DNA of 64,000 nucleotides from Paraglomus brasilianum (Eukaryota): NCBI GenBank assembly GCA_910592345.1, contig CAJVPI010000030.1, positions 1 to 64,000 of the forward strand, read 5' to 3'. Shown piece by piece: positions 26,872 to 39,953 of this stretch (position 1 is its first letter; each line of letters starts with the position of its first letter). The notes under the pieces were generated by a model. It saw only the letters and a program-made list of their open reading frames with translations, ran no database searches and was not told where the DNA came from. The position numbers and the translations under genes were made by a program.

Positions 26872-29800
26872 ATTTGTAGACGTAGTTAGTAATATGAGAT
26901 CTGGGGAAAATTCGAGATGTGTCACAATATATATATGTTGGATTCGGCCGTTGCCTGAACCAATCATTTTTTTTTATAATGTGGAAATTTAGTACACGGG
27001 TTAGCCCGGCGACAAGCTGAATGTTAATCAACAACAACGTGTAATACTTACCCGCTCGCACGTGGTATTAAGGGCATGCTTACTATTTTAGTAGCGGCAT
27101 GACTTAATTTAACCATAATCGTCTAGTAATTAAAGGACATAACAAGGAAAGTGTTCCAAAAAAAAACTTCGTTATGAAGCCATCTCCGTTAAACCGGACT
27201 TTCGTTAAACAGTGTATTGAATTAGTAAAGAAAGAGTGAATGGCCTGAACAAAGACTGTTGTATCAATGCTAGCAGACTGAATTTCAAGTGTAAAGAGAA
27301 TGCAGCCGTCAATATTACAATAAGTTTACTTTACAAGTTTACGAACAGAACGAACAATTTGGTATTGTTTTCTCATGGATTGGAAAAAGACTGCCACGTG
27401 ACATTAACTTACATTGTTGCCCACCTTCAAGGTTGCATTATCATTCATACTGAATCATTTACTAGTGTCGAAATATTTTGTGTGAAAATAAGATAAACAC
27501 GTAACTTATTAAAGGTAATCCAGATAACGTGGTAGAAGACGATTGATTGTTAAAGGTTGAAGGTGTTGTCATTAGAGCAGTAGATAGCTGAATCGATGAC
27601 TGTAGTGACGAAAAGTGTAACACTGACGTTGTATCTAGCAAAGATGCCTTGGAAAGCATTCGCAGCTGATAATGTTATTAACAAATAGTCGACAGGTGAT
27701 TTCTTTTTCTGTATCAACATTTGTTGTACTGCATAAGATGCAATACAAGGTAATTGCTGACGGTTAAGTGCCACATTCGTTTACTTTGATGTCTATTTAA
27801 TCGTTATGACAATATGAGCTTCGTAGAGGTTACATGAATGTTAATAAAATAATGTATTGGTATAAAAGTAAGGATCGAATTGTCTAAATGTATCAAGTCT
27901 ATCTAATACCGCATTACACAGCAAGATCCACCACCCCTTGAACACCGTTAACATTCAATCAGGCATACAGAACTCTATATGAAGTAAAGCTGTGCTAAAT
28001 ATAATATGTGACAGTTGGTGCTTACCGATAATGCAATGGTACGGTACAGATTTGCAAAGGTACAGTACGGAATTTCTCCATGCCGTGTTTATTGCTTGCA
28101 GTACTGTTCTCAATTGATAGTACTGGTGTGATTAATTTGTAAACGTTATCCGACTACATAACGCCGAATGTATTCAACTATTAATAGGCCTATCTGTCCG
28201 AATCGTGAAATTTTGAGTATGAGTCTGTATTCTTCATTGTTTCGTACCCAGTCAATAAATAGCTGTCTAAATTGTAACAAAAAAAATGCTTACCTTATGA
28301 GAGAGAGAAGAATCGATTAAAGCCAACGTTGAATAAATTAATATCCATTTCATTCATCAGATATGGCGTTAAACCGTCTGACGTATGGTAAAACGTGTTT
28401 AATAAAAACTCTTTATTGGACGATTCCATTCCCTGATCTATACCACTTTAAGTTAATACTTAATCACACGCTCAAAATCTTGCTTATTACTGGTTGATAT
28501 TTCCGGTTGCATCGTCTTTTCAACGTAAATAATATTTCGTTTTAAACCGTACATATGATAACATGCGTGCAAGATCATACATAGCGTTATATAACTATCC
28601 AGAATCGACCCGCCAAGCAAACACAATAATAAATCAATCATTGGTTAATACATTTAGGAAAAGAACCAATACATTCTCTTAAGCAGGAACTACTGTATGT
28701 CAGAAGACTCTTGCAATGGGTTGAGGCTTTTCTTGTCCCTTCGGAAAGTAATGCGCATTGCTTAATACATAAAAACAATGGTAGCCTGGACGGTTTTGTC
28801 AAAACGGGAATGCAAATTGGCTTTAGGTTGTAAGAACTTTTAGTATGTTGATATTGTATAACTGTTATAAAACGCGTCTAATTCTCTTGAGAAAACAATT
28901 ATAATTCTAGAACTTTAACTCTTAAAATGTGTTGAAGCCTCTTGGTTTGAATACTTGTGAGGAAATATATAACCACTCCGAAACTGCCTCCAGAAAATAG
29001 GATATATGCTTTGCAAGTCGAGCCTACTAATTTTTCTGTTTATTTTAGTCTTACAAAGCAAGGATGCTTCTACATCTACTTGCCCACATTAATATAGTAA
29101 ATGTAAATGTGGTAGGCGGAATACGAAGGTTCTTCTCGTTCCATTTTATAATGTGCTCGATGATTAATACCCTTGTATTTAATAAACACGCTAATCTCAT
29201 ATTCTATCATACGATATCAATCAATGTCTAGACGATATTCCGAAACATAAAAACAATTTTTTACAAGTTTCTCTTCAACACTTTAGTGTCACTATACGTT
29301 CTCAATAGGGTTTTGGTCTGGAAACATTGATGACAGAAAAGTCTCCAGATATTGTTTTCCTCTCTTCTTTTTCGAACAATCACTGTTATGCCGTTTGTGT
29401 TTAATTTTGATTGGGAAATATTCACCAAACTTGACATCAAACACGAGTTTGCTTACATACGCACATCCACCAAGGCGTACTGTAGTTAATTCTTGAAGGC
29501 GGCTCTTTATATTTCTTATAACTAGGGTATAAAATAGACCTGTATGTTTCTAAACTATTTAACTGAATAAATAAAACATTGAGCTATTTATCGAACCACT
29601 CTTCCATGTCTGGTCTGAGATTCCAGCGTCCGCTTATTATAGCTAGATGTACTAATAAAATTGTCTTGATATACCAAATCCTGTCAATAAAGCCTATAAC
29701 GGATGCTAACCGAAAAGCGTTATATGTCAGTTCTATCAAAAGCACGCTTGATATAACGGATGTCATGTTGTAAAAAACTCCGTAATAAATTTTTTGATCA

Positions 29801-31779
29801 ATCAATCAAATTGTAGAAATTAGCGCGTTATTAAGGCTTATTTATTATTATCTGTAAAAGAAGCTATGCTGGGAAAATTCATTAATTTTATTGTTAATTG
29901 ACTTGCCTTGTATAATGAACATATTTTTTCAATAATTGTAAATTGCTTGAGATTTGCATGGTTTGTTATGGTGTCCGGTATATTATAAAACTCGATTTAA
30001 CGGAGAAAAAAAAAGTTAGAACCGTAGCCTCCGTTATTTTTTCCACTGACCTATAGGCACGTCTCCCGCCAAACACAAAATTTGGGATAAAAAATTCCAA
30101 TTTTATCGGCTTCTATTAAGAATAACGCACTAATATAGAATTATTTTAGAATATAAATAACAACCAACAATAATTTCTAGTAACGTCTTTTAAGGCATTT
30201 CTTATCTCAATCTCAGGCCATTCCCTGGTGAATGATTTTCTTTAATATTTAGACAATAGGTTATTCCTGTCTATTTATTTGATACAAGTAAAACTTGTTA
30301 TAAAAAAGTCGTCGGATTGAATCAAAAACTCTATCATAACGAGCAATTTCTTTTAACGAACTTTCGCGATATAAGAAAGTTCTATAATATCAATAAAAAA
30401 TTTTCTTTTATAAAGAGGAAAAAGACTATATTTCATTTTGTAATACATATGCACAAAATTTAGTCATTTGGATAATATGATTATGCTATTACTATTGAAT
30501 GCCTTGGAAATAATCCTCCAGAACAGCTTGTTTTCTGCTTCAACATCCATCCGATTTACAGGATTGCATTATGTAGGGTTATTTCTAACAAATTTCATCA
30601 AGAGATATGAAGAATAAGCTAGTAAAAGCTTTGTTATTATTGGCTCGCTCTTACTATCGAGCGTAACATTTCTTGTAATTTTTTTTAATCAAATGGAACT
30701 TCTTATATCAGGCATTTTTCTTATATTGTGATATACATACATGTATAGCGCGTATACACACATTTCGTCGAGCTATTAACTTATAATAGTTTTTTTTTTC
30801 GAAAAGCATAATTAATTAGCTTCAGAACCATACAAAAATTATTGCAGGAGATATTTTTAAAAGAAAGACTTTTTATATTAAAATTTTGTGTCACTCCGTT
30901 ATTTATTGGAGGGGGCTGTACATATACTAGAGATAATAATATCTCTCTTTCATTTAACACTATCGGTAGCCTTCATGCTGGTCAAGAAAGTTATTAAATG
31001 TTCGCCACGAAGGGATACATAGTGAGACCAGTACGTTACGAGCGACGGAAAGATTCGCCCCGTTTTGATACAAGCAATAATATATTGACACAACATCATT
31101 AACTCTTATTCTCAGCGAACGTACTCAATTACGAACGCTTTCACTTTATTCTTAAACATAATCTTTCTTAACGAACAATCATTGTTTCATCAAACTAATA
31201 CGTCTGTTATAAAGTTTATTTCATTACAGCTTTCGTTATCGTAGCGGAAGTCATATAGTAGAACCAGCTTCCATATTGCTACGTTTATAAACACTAAGCT
31301 CCTTCTTCACAGTCGCTTCAGGAGACTTGAGAACAATATTGCATTTATTATCTTTCATTCGAACTGATTGTTTTCAGTATTGAATCGCTTGCAATAAGTT
31401 ACCCAAGTTTTACGACGAAAGTCTAACGAGGTTTTGTTATGCATTATATTTCATATACCGAGGCTGATCGTCGTCGATTTCAGGGACAATATGCAAGGTT
31501 TATTTTATCAAGGGAGGTGGTTGGAATTCATTTATCGATGGTTGGTTTATTTTCAAGAATAATTATTTATTTGTTGTTTTCAAGTCATCCTTTATAGTCA
31601 AAACGACCCTTGACAACATTCAGAAACAGCATATAAATAAACTTCTATCATGACATTGGCTTTATTTTCACTAATATAGTCCGGTTGCGAAAGGATTTGC
31701 ACCTCAAAAAGATGTTAATAAAAAAAAATAATAATAATAAAATATATGTTATTTAAATTATATTGAGGCATATAAAAAT

Positions 31780-32338
31780 ATATGTGCTTTTTATCAAAGT
31801 CATTATAAGACTTGGAATTTCCCTTGATGTATTTAAGAGCTTTTCTCCAAAGCCCAATTATAACTTGCAAATTAATTTTATTTTTAAACGCGTCTAGAAG
31901 AGTATTTCGAATGGACAAAAAGATCCTTCACCTAATCCTTTAACTAATCAATTGGGTAAAGCTCACAACGATAGATCGGGTAAAAAAACCCTAATAATCT
32001 TATTGTTTTGATATTTCTCCACAAAAAAAGTCATCTTTTTAAAAGTTCGATCTTTTGAAAATTATGAGCGATTAGCCGGTCAATGATTTCCCCCTTTTTT
32101 GTATTTGATGTTGGAATGCTTCCGACCCGCCGTAAATGTACCGCCATTGCACTTCTTCCAGTCTACTACCACGTTCTCAACTAATCTCTCAGCGACACAA
32201 TACTTAAGCAACTCGCTTGCGTAATGTGAGGTTTTCCTGCGGTACTAAACCAGAAAAGTAATCATAAATGTTGATAATCATAGATTTTTTATTATCTGTT
32301 AGTGGTGCATCGGTTTGTTTTGAGAGAGAAGAAAGCAT
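31780..32338 (-). pseudogene. Internally deleted, degenerate IS630/Tc1-like transposase, probably the same family as 8518-9084
   Basis: N-terminal HTH-like 'MIINIYDYF...LTLRKRVA.VL.VAE..V..VV.DW', then C-terminal 'KKGEIIDRLIAHN', 'FYPIYRCELYPID' (degenerate PPYHCELNPIE) and 'LLSIRNTLLDAFK.KI..QVIIGLWRKALK'. Many stops. Confidence 0.6.
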
Positions 32339-32827
32339 GGTAAGGTAAAGAAATTTGAGCCACAGATTCATTTGGTCATGTTCTTCTAAACAGACTTAAT
32401 CGTATGATCAACCAATCATAAGTCGTTCGACATTAGTCGTCAAATTACAATTTGTTCGAACAAAACATAAGACAGATCGTTATCGTATGATGGTAAATCA
32501 TACGATTCATGACTCCGCGTTTGGCCCACCTGACAGTGTCGCTCATACTGATAGCTGCAATTATAGAGCAAATTGTTCTACCAGAAGATGTACCTATAAA
32601 CGAGCGAACCGCATTTGTAGCCCAAACTGTACAGCCCTTGTATTAATAACATGATAATAGTCGAAAGCATTTTGTTATAAAGAGTAAACAAATAGTTTAT
32701 CTTTCTATTGATATTATCCAATAAAAAATCAAGAGCTTACTCGAGTCTCTAATGCATCTCGCAAGAATTCCGGATTAAAGGCTATCGCTATATTCGATGC
32801 CAAAAAGTTATCCATCGCTTGCAGGTT

Positions 32828-33453
32828 GGTCCGTTCTTGAAATGGATTTGGTCCGTTCTTGAAATGGGTTGGCCCGTTCGCTGAATCATCGATCAATACA
32901 ATCTCGTACTAAGTAAAATGTTTTCGTGCTATGCTGTTACACGTTGTACATAAAAACCTTTGCATATATGCAAATTTTGTTCGCATTCATCATCCGGTTT
33001 TTCTTATTCTAGTATATGAAAAAATTAATACTCCAACCAGGCTGGCTGCCAGTCGCCCAGCTTTTCAATTTCCTCTTCCCCAGAAGAGGTTTCGAGGTCT
33101 TTATTTAGGCACTCTTCCCCAGAAGAAATTTCATGGTTATCCTTGGTAGCTTTGGGAGGAATGAGTAACAGTCTGATGTACTGTAGGTAGTGAAACAGGT
33201 GAAAATTTCCAGACGTAAAATGTGTTTGTATTGTAACGAGGTGAAATAAAAGAAAATATCCACTATTTGATGTCTGTGATACAAACTTTGTAAAGCGATC
33301 ACCAGGAAAAATAAATATGATTATTAGCACGTGTGAAAATCTTTTTTATTCACCTGCCATATTGACTTGCTGTTACACTACCTTGGTATGATTTACGACA
33401 GAAATAAATTCCGCACTTTGCAGAACGGGGTCAACCCATTTCAAGAACGGCCC
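32828..33453. mobile_element. Non-autonomous DNA-transposon-like element bounded by ~30-bp inverted repeats
   Basis: 'ggtccgttcttgaaatgggttggcccgttc' (about 32848-32879, partly duplicated in tandem) is the reverse complement of 'gaacggggtcaacccatttcaagaacggccc' (about 33423-33453). A related motif lies at about 21450-21500. Confidence 0.6.
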
Positions 33454-33733
33454 ATTAATCAAAACTAACCAGAACGGGATCTCTTAAAACGGTCACTCCT
33501 GATTATGAAAGAAAATTTGTTACGTCGCACCTATGATACCTATTGTTTAAGTTACGCAATTTTTTGAGTATGCATGTTATTGTAAATTTTATTTCGAGAG
33601 ATTCTACAACTAGTTTGGCGTAAACAATACATCAAGGAAACATTCTTCTCACCCGCACAATTGAATCAACCCGAGTCTTTACAAAATATTTAAATGGCCC
33701 TCCCAAACATTTGAGCAGTATCAGGAAATCAAT

Positions 33734-34333
33734 ATGTCTACAATCCAAAAAATTACTACTTATCCTCCCCCTTATTGGTCAATTAGTAACGCTTCTGGAG
33801 GGATTCAGGTGAATCCTGCTGACAATTATCTGAACTATAAGGTCGTCAATGCCCAACAATCTAACGAATGGGCATTTGTTAGTGTTCTAAATAACTTATC
33901 AACCAAAGCTGGTGCCTTTATTATCTTTCGTATCCGCGTAAACGCTATACAAAATGCTTTTGAGGCCAAATTATCTCTCTGTCCGTATGGGGAGTCGGGG
34001 GCCACCGGACCACCACCCAGAGGTGTAATTCTGAGATATTTCGCGGGTAGTTTCAACTATCAATGGTATGACACCAGTGGTAACTTCCAACAACTTTCCG
34101 CCAGTAACATACGTGACGATGGTGCTTGGCACACAATTGTTATGGGCTTGAATCCTCAATCAGTGACTCTCCTTGAAAATAGTAGCTATAAATTCACATG
34201 GAATGTTAACGTCCCTGATATCGTGAACCCCACGTTTGATATGGCGATTTCGGATGTGGGGAGTAGTTTGGATATCGATATAGGTGATGTTCTTGTTATA
34301 CCATCTAAGGTTGATGATAATATCAGTGATTAG
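33734..34333 (+). CDS. Intronless 199-aa protein, probable concanavalin A-like lectin/LamG-type beta-sandwich, no signal peptide
   Basis: Intact ORF with good start context (aatATGtct). Alternating beta-strand pattern, 'IRDDGAWHTIVM' (DGxWHxV/I motif typical of ConA/LamG folds) and terminal 'LDIDIGDVLVI'. Confidence 0.7.
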   Translation: MSTIQKITTYPPPYWSISNASGGIQVNPADNYLNYKVVNAQQSNEWAFVSVLNNLSTKAGAFIIFRIRVNAIQNAFEAKLSLCPYGESGATGPPPRGVILRYFAGSFNYQWYDTSGNFQQLSASNIRDDGAWHTIVMGLNPQSVTLLENSSYKFTWNVNVPDIVNPTFDMAISDVGSSLDIDIGDVLVIPSKVDDNISD

Positions 34334-35051
34334 CAGGTTTTTTTATTTGTATTCACTTCACATACATGTAGCGATATTTCGCAGATTTATTTTTTTATTA
34401 AAATAAGCAGTTTAAAGACTTCTAAACTTTTTGTAAATGTTTGGTGTAAGTGTATATGCATTGGATCAATAAAACTGTGTTGTGTATGCTAGCATTCTCG
34501 GTATTACAGAGCAATGAGGTTGCCTCTAAACTTCTCTAAACCTTACGATTGATCCATAACGAATTTCCTTTTTTAGGACAAATCAGGACACTGGAACAAG
34601 TAATCAAGACTCCCTTCCAATCGGCCTAACACTATATGATTACTGAATTTTAGCAAAATTAAATTTACGAAGTTAAAAAGTTGGGCGAAGAGTTTAACTT
34701 TGAAAATTTGCTAAATTATTTTTTGCAATAAAAATAATAACGATAAGGACGCATTCAATCGCTTCTCGATTATAAAAAATATAGCAATGAATAATAATAA
34801 TAAGTATATAATTTTTCTGTGTTGACGGTACAATATTATCAGACAGGGTCGATATAATTGTTATAAAAAAGTTAGAATTTACTTTAGATTAAGTTGTCCA
34901 TAAAAACAGAAATAAAAACGCTCGCTTGACAATTTCTCCACATAAATTTTTTCTTGTAACGGTTCACTAAACCATAATTAGATTTCTGTGTGTAGGAAAA
35001 AATTTGGAACGTTTTGCATTCACCTTATGTTGCATGACTGTGATTAACTTT

Positions 35052-35386
35052 GGCCCTGATCTATCAAAATGGCGGTTAACGATATAGTTACACTAAATGT
35101 TGTTTTTCAGACATGTTCTCAGCAGTCCCCTCTACTCATGTTGGTAGTCTTTACCTCAAGTACATTAGTAAACCCTTTCTCTACAACAGTTTGAGGTTGA
35201 GTAACACAAAGGCCGTTCCATGCATCACATCAGACCCCAGACTTCGAAATTCAACCCCAAATATTTGTGCAGATCATTTGTTACAATGCGTCTCATGTTA
35301 TCCTGAGAGGGGGTCATTGCTGTCAAAAACCCCCAAATACAAATTTCTCAATGATCGATAACCGCCCATTTTGATAGATCAGGGCC
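35052..35386. mobile_element. MITE (~335 bp) with ~32-bp terminal inverted repeats
   Basis: Left 'ggccctgatctatcaaaatggcggttaacgat'; right reverse complement 'ggccctgatctatcaaaatgggcggttatcgat'. No clear TSD. Confidence 0.8.
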
Positions 35387-36119
35387 CATTTAGTAACGTT
35401 CACGATATTTGCGCGTTGGAAAGTAATTGACACAAAAACAGTTAATGAAAGATAATATAAATATGATGCCGAAAGTCATAACATGAAATTGTTTTACTTT
35501 TCTAGCGTGACGACAATATCGATATATATTGGGATAACGAAGTTTACTCGTCAACGGAAGCTCGCATGACGCGTATATATAGAGATAAGAATGGGATGTA
35601 TGGATAGATAGTTATTTATTGGAGGAGGAAGAAAGAATTCTTATTATTATACACAGTAAACCTATATGAAATGTACGACAAAGATTACCGACATGTATAC
35701 CCCCCGTGCGCTATACCATACGGCAATTTTGAACGCCAAATTTTGATTTATACCCGGGTATAAGTTACGGTATTCTTCCGGCATATATACCCCTCTGTGA
35801 CTTGTACCCTCTTCTAATTTGCCAATAAAACTGCGAATTAAAATTTGACACTATAAGATGCACAAACTTTATTTGATAAAAGCGACAGAAATAATGGATT
35901 ATTCCCAAATATTATCATCTCTGACACATCTTATGCGAGTTATAGAATCCACGAGGCCATATATTAATTCAAGACATGAGACACCGGGAGAAATAAAAAA
36001 AGTTATCTGTAATCACAATCGAATTTCAATGTTAATTCGAAGTTCTTACTATACAGTATTTATCTAATGCGTTAATTCTAGGAAATAGAAATATTTGATG
36101 GAATTTATCGGCAGCCAAT

Positions 36120-38380
36120 AGAATTTTAAAAACAAATCGAGATATGTACCCAATCACTTTGTACTTTGATATAGCATCGAGCGAAAATGGCAGCAACGTA
36201 GAATATAGTTCATATGATACTGGTGATGGCGGGCCTGATACTTCTACTTGGAAGATTTCCTTATCATCGAATAACCGGATACCTTTCGGAGTTTGTTGAA
36301 ATAGTTAGGGGACGTTTGTTAAATCACAAGTTGAAATTATAAGCATACACCAATGCTTACCTCTTACATCAACCATAGCGATGCCAGAGTTTGTAGGTGA
36401 TTTTAACAATTTTGATCCCGGCGAATGTGGTTCGATCCAATCAAAACACATATTGCCAAATGTACGTTCATAAAATCTAAACAGAGAAGAAATATTCTGG
36501 ACGATATATTTTCGTTCTCCGATTTTTCTCGACAAATTCGGAAATATATCGACCATATTGTAGCTAGAATTAAGAACAAGACTAAGTGTTGAATCATCCA
36601 AAGAAGTACAATAAATGGGATAAACTTACAAATCAATCGATATCTTTTCATAGTAAAGGTGGAACCTGTTGTCTTCACCTTCAATCTTCTGCATTATTTC
36701 TGACTTAAAATCATCTCCAACGTCCTATAACACGGTAAAAAGATATTTTAACATTCGTCTAGCTTCTAATATAACTGGGTCCGATTCATTTCACTGACAA
36801 CCACTACTGAAAAAGGATATAGCGTTGGAGAACATTTGTGATTGCCTCCCAATATAACGCCATAAACCCCACCTTCAAAAAATTATCAATATAAGTATTT
36901 AAGGATTCCGTACACACAAGTGGTTTTTGAAAACGCACTCGATCATATTTCAATAACTGCCTCATGGCATCAAGGTACTGAATAATCTTCTCATTATTCA
37001 TCTGTCGTTTGTTTGGTGTGAAGAAAGGTGCTCCATTATCATTTAGCGGCCGAGGCGGCGGCGTTTTTATTCCATCTACTCCTAGGTAATATTAATATAA
37101 AAACTTTAATACACTTCCAAGTTTAATGCCGAGAAAGGGTTACTCAACCTCATTTGAACTCCCTGACTCTGGTATTAGTATTATTCACTGGATCCTGATA
37201 TCAAAAGGATTATCACCAGAAGAGAATTGAGGTTGGGGGTTGGAATATTTCACCTAGTACCCAAAAGGATTACCTTTGCTAATATTATCATAATACTTAC
37301 TATCCTGCTTGGATTCATAGGATTTGTGTTAGTTATCAAGCTTAAACCATAGTTCAACAACAGCTGATACTATTACCTTATGAGTCTTGATACGCTTTTT
37401 TGCTCTTTCATTATAATCAAAGGAAATATTTGCAGTCAATTGATCCATTTGACTTGTCTTCAATGATTTATAAACAGTTACACACTCTGGCTGATTTTAC
37501 TACCTTAAAGAAAAGACACTAATTACAAGATATTTACTGATTCTTCTGTCAATCTCGTTTCAGGAGCAACTTCCCACTTATCATTTAAATTTTCAATCTT
37601 CATTGATTCTTTGTATAATAATTTTCTTGACCGAAACTCGGCCTGAAAAAATCACATTATTCAATTGATTTACTGTTATTTAGTATGTAATTATATTCCA
37701 ACCATCAACTTGCCTTCTTTTCTATCCTCTCAAGCAAATCCTTAACTTCTTGCCTTTTAATAGTCTTATCAAAAGCAGAGTAAATGGAGAGAGATTTGTT
37801 TCGTGCAGGACTCGACAAGTTTTGTCGATTACTGATTGATTTGAGTTTTCGTTTTATATCATCAAGAACTGATCCTACATCCTTGACCATTTTTTATAAT
37901 GTTTCGTCTTAAAAAAGGAGGCTCCAAATACAAAGAAAAAGGAAAGAGATCAGTGTCTGCATATATATGTAGATATTTCGAAAGAATTAGCCTAGTAGCA
38001 AACATCGACAAGATGATATTCTGGTAAAGAACCCGCTAGCATAATATATCCTGGAGGAGTACAGCAGCAAGCTCTAACACGTCCAGGTAGAAGAGCTAAG
38101 GAGTGTCTTCCCAAGCATCGGCCATATGTGATCCTCAAGAATATAGGGCATATGGGCGTAGGATATTATCAAGTCCGGCTTTCTGGTAAAGACCCCGCTA
38201 GGTGGTATACACTGGAGGAGTACAGCAAAGCTCTAACACGTCCAGGTAGGAGCTAAGGAGTGTCCTTCCAAGCATCGGCCATATGTGATCCACAGAAATA
38301 TAGTGGGCATATGGGCGTAGGACCGTTTGATGTCGCCAGAGAATGTTTGTTAATGAAATAGCCTTGTTTACCTTCGTCAT
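36120..38380 (-). pseudogene. Decayed multi-exon gene of unknown function (hydrophobic N-terminus, coiled-coil-like middle)
   Basis: A run of minus-strand ORF fragments (38198..38380, 37705..37890, 36804..37001, 36305..36601) separated by intron-like AT-rich gaps with GT/AG ends, interrupted by stops and frameshifts. Internal ~150-bp tandem duplication at about 38018-38163 / 38180-38322. Confidence 0.55.
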
Positions 38381-39544
38381 AATGTCTCAAAATTCAAGTT
38401 TTGCTTCAATATAGAAGAATAATAAATAAAAAAACGCGACAACTCCTCCCGAAATGTGATTGGTTGATCATTGATCATGATACATTTTCCATAAAAAGTA
38501 ATAAATTAGGGCGACCCGATGTGTCAACACAACACAGACGATCTTCACCATATCCGCGTACGTCTGAAATTTAAATGTTTATTGACTTTTATTCGAATCT
38601 TCTAACATGCAATCATAATCATAGCGTATCCACGTAGCTGTGCCAAATAAAGGATACACCAAACTAACATGCAATCATCTAAAGTCATAACATTAATATT
38701 CGGTGCTAACGTAGTTTCTCTTCTTGGTAATAAAACAGTTATTGACAAGAATAATAATAAGAGAAAGTTGAGAGAAATGCCAAATAAAACAATAAAAATA
38801 GTCTTATTTCCTCGTATTTATTTTTTGTAACCTGTCTCTGTTTTGTTAATCTCTTATTCTATTTTTACAAATAAATTTTTACATTTTTATTCTTTTATAC
38901 TATAATAAAATCTCCAATTCATAAAAATGTTAGAAACGTCTTTGAACTAAGATTCTATTCTCACACTTGCAATCGCCTTTTTTACCAAACAAATAAAGAG
39001 AAATTGCTCAACATCATCCTGTTTGGCCAGCATAATATTGTGTAATTTGAACAAAAATAAATTGAGAAGCCTACCTCAATCGTTCGCATTTATTCAAACA
39101 TGCCGCGCTGTACTAATTGCAAAAAGACTCTTTCAGAAAGCGATTTTTAAAAATTCAATGAGACGCTATCCAAAACGTGCGTTCAGTGTCTGGATAAAAG
39201 AAAGAAAAGACACATCATTCATGAAAATTCTCTAACTAAATCAATTAGAAGATGGTTCATCAGAATATCAGGATATTCAGACCATGTAGTCAATCAAATA
39301 TCCTTGATGATTGGTATCCTTTTCTCGATCATAAACTTTCCGATCCTAGTAATATTTTACATAATGACGTAAAAAGCAACTTTCGTTCTATTCGCTTGCA
39401 TTGCTATGATCCACCATGGATCAACACACACTGCTGTACAGCTCGTTATTAACTCTTTGGAGCGATCGTTGGAATACTTTGTCTTGTGGCAGATATCAGC
39501 CGCGCGAAACTTTGTAAACATCTCATACCCGTTCTCTTATTCAA

Positions 39545-39892
39545 TTGAGACATTATGTCGAAGTAGACAAGGTTAGTATATGTTACTATTTCATTAATAG
39601 TTCTCTTGCTACATCAAACGGTCCTACACCCATATGCCAAGAATCACATATGGCTGATGTTTGAAAAAACACTTCTTAGCGCCTACCTGGACGTGTTAGA
39701 GCTTGCTGTACTCCTCTAGTGTATACTACGTTAAGGGGTTCTTGTTCAGTATATTATCTTGCCGATGTTGGCTTATTAGATAATTCTTTCAAAATAGTAC
39801 ATATGTATGCTAGACACTGATCTCTTTCTTTTTCTTCATATTGGAAGCTATCTCCTCTTTCTTCAAGGTGGAACATTATAAAGAATGGCCAA
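39545..39892 (+). pseudogene. Inverted, diverged copy of the 5' part of the 36120-38380 pseudogene
   Basis: 'ttgagacattatgtcgaag', 'catcaaacggtcctac.cccatatgcc', 'cctacctggacgtgttagagctt.gctgtactcct' and 'agacactgatctctttc' match the reverse complement of about 37880-38390. Confidence 0.8.
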
Positions 39893-39953
39893 TAGCTGAA
39901 TACGTGTCAGAAAATGCTATTATAAATTCCGAGATGTAAATGGCTGATTTTGA

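Noticed and set aside
26405..26992. 195-aa plus-strand ORF
   Set aside because: Antisense to the SDR gene, with no independent protein features.
27450..31500. Scattered short ORFs in AT-rich DNA
   Set aside because: Multiple stops and no identifiable domain; likely decayed TE or gene debris that I cannot call.
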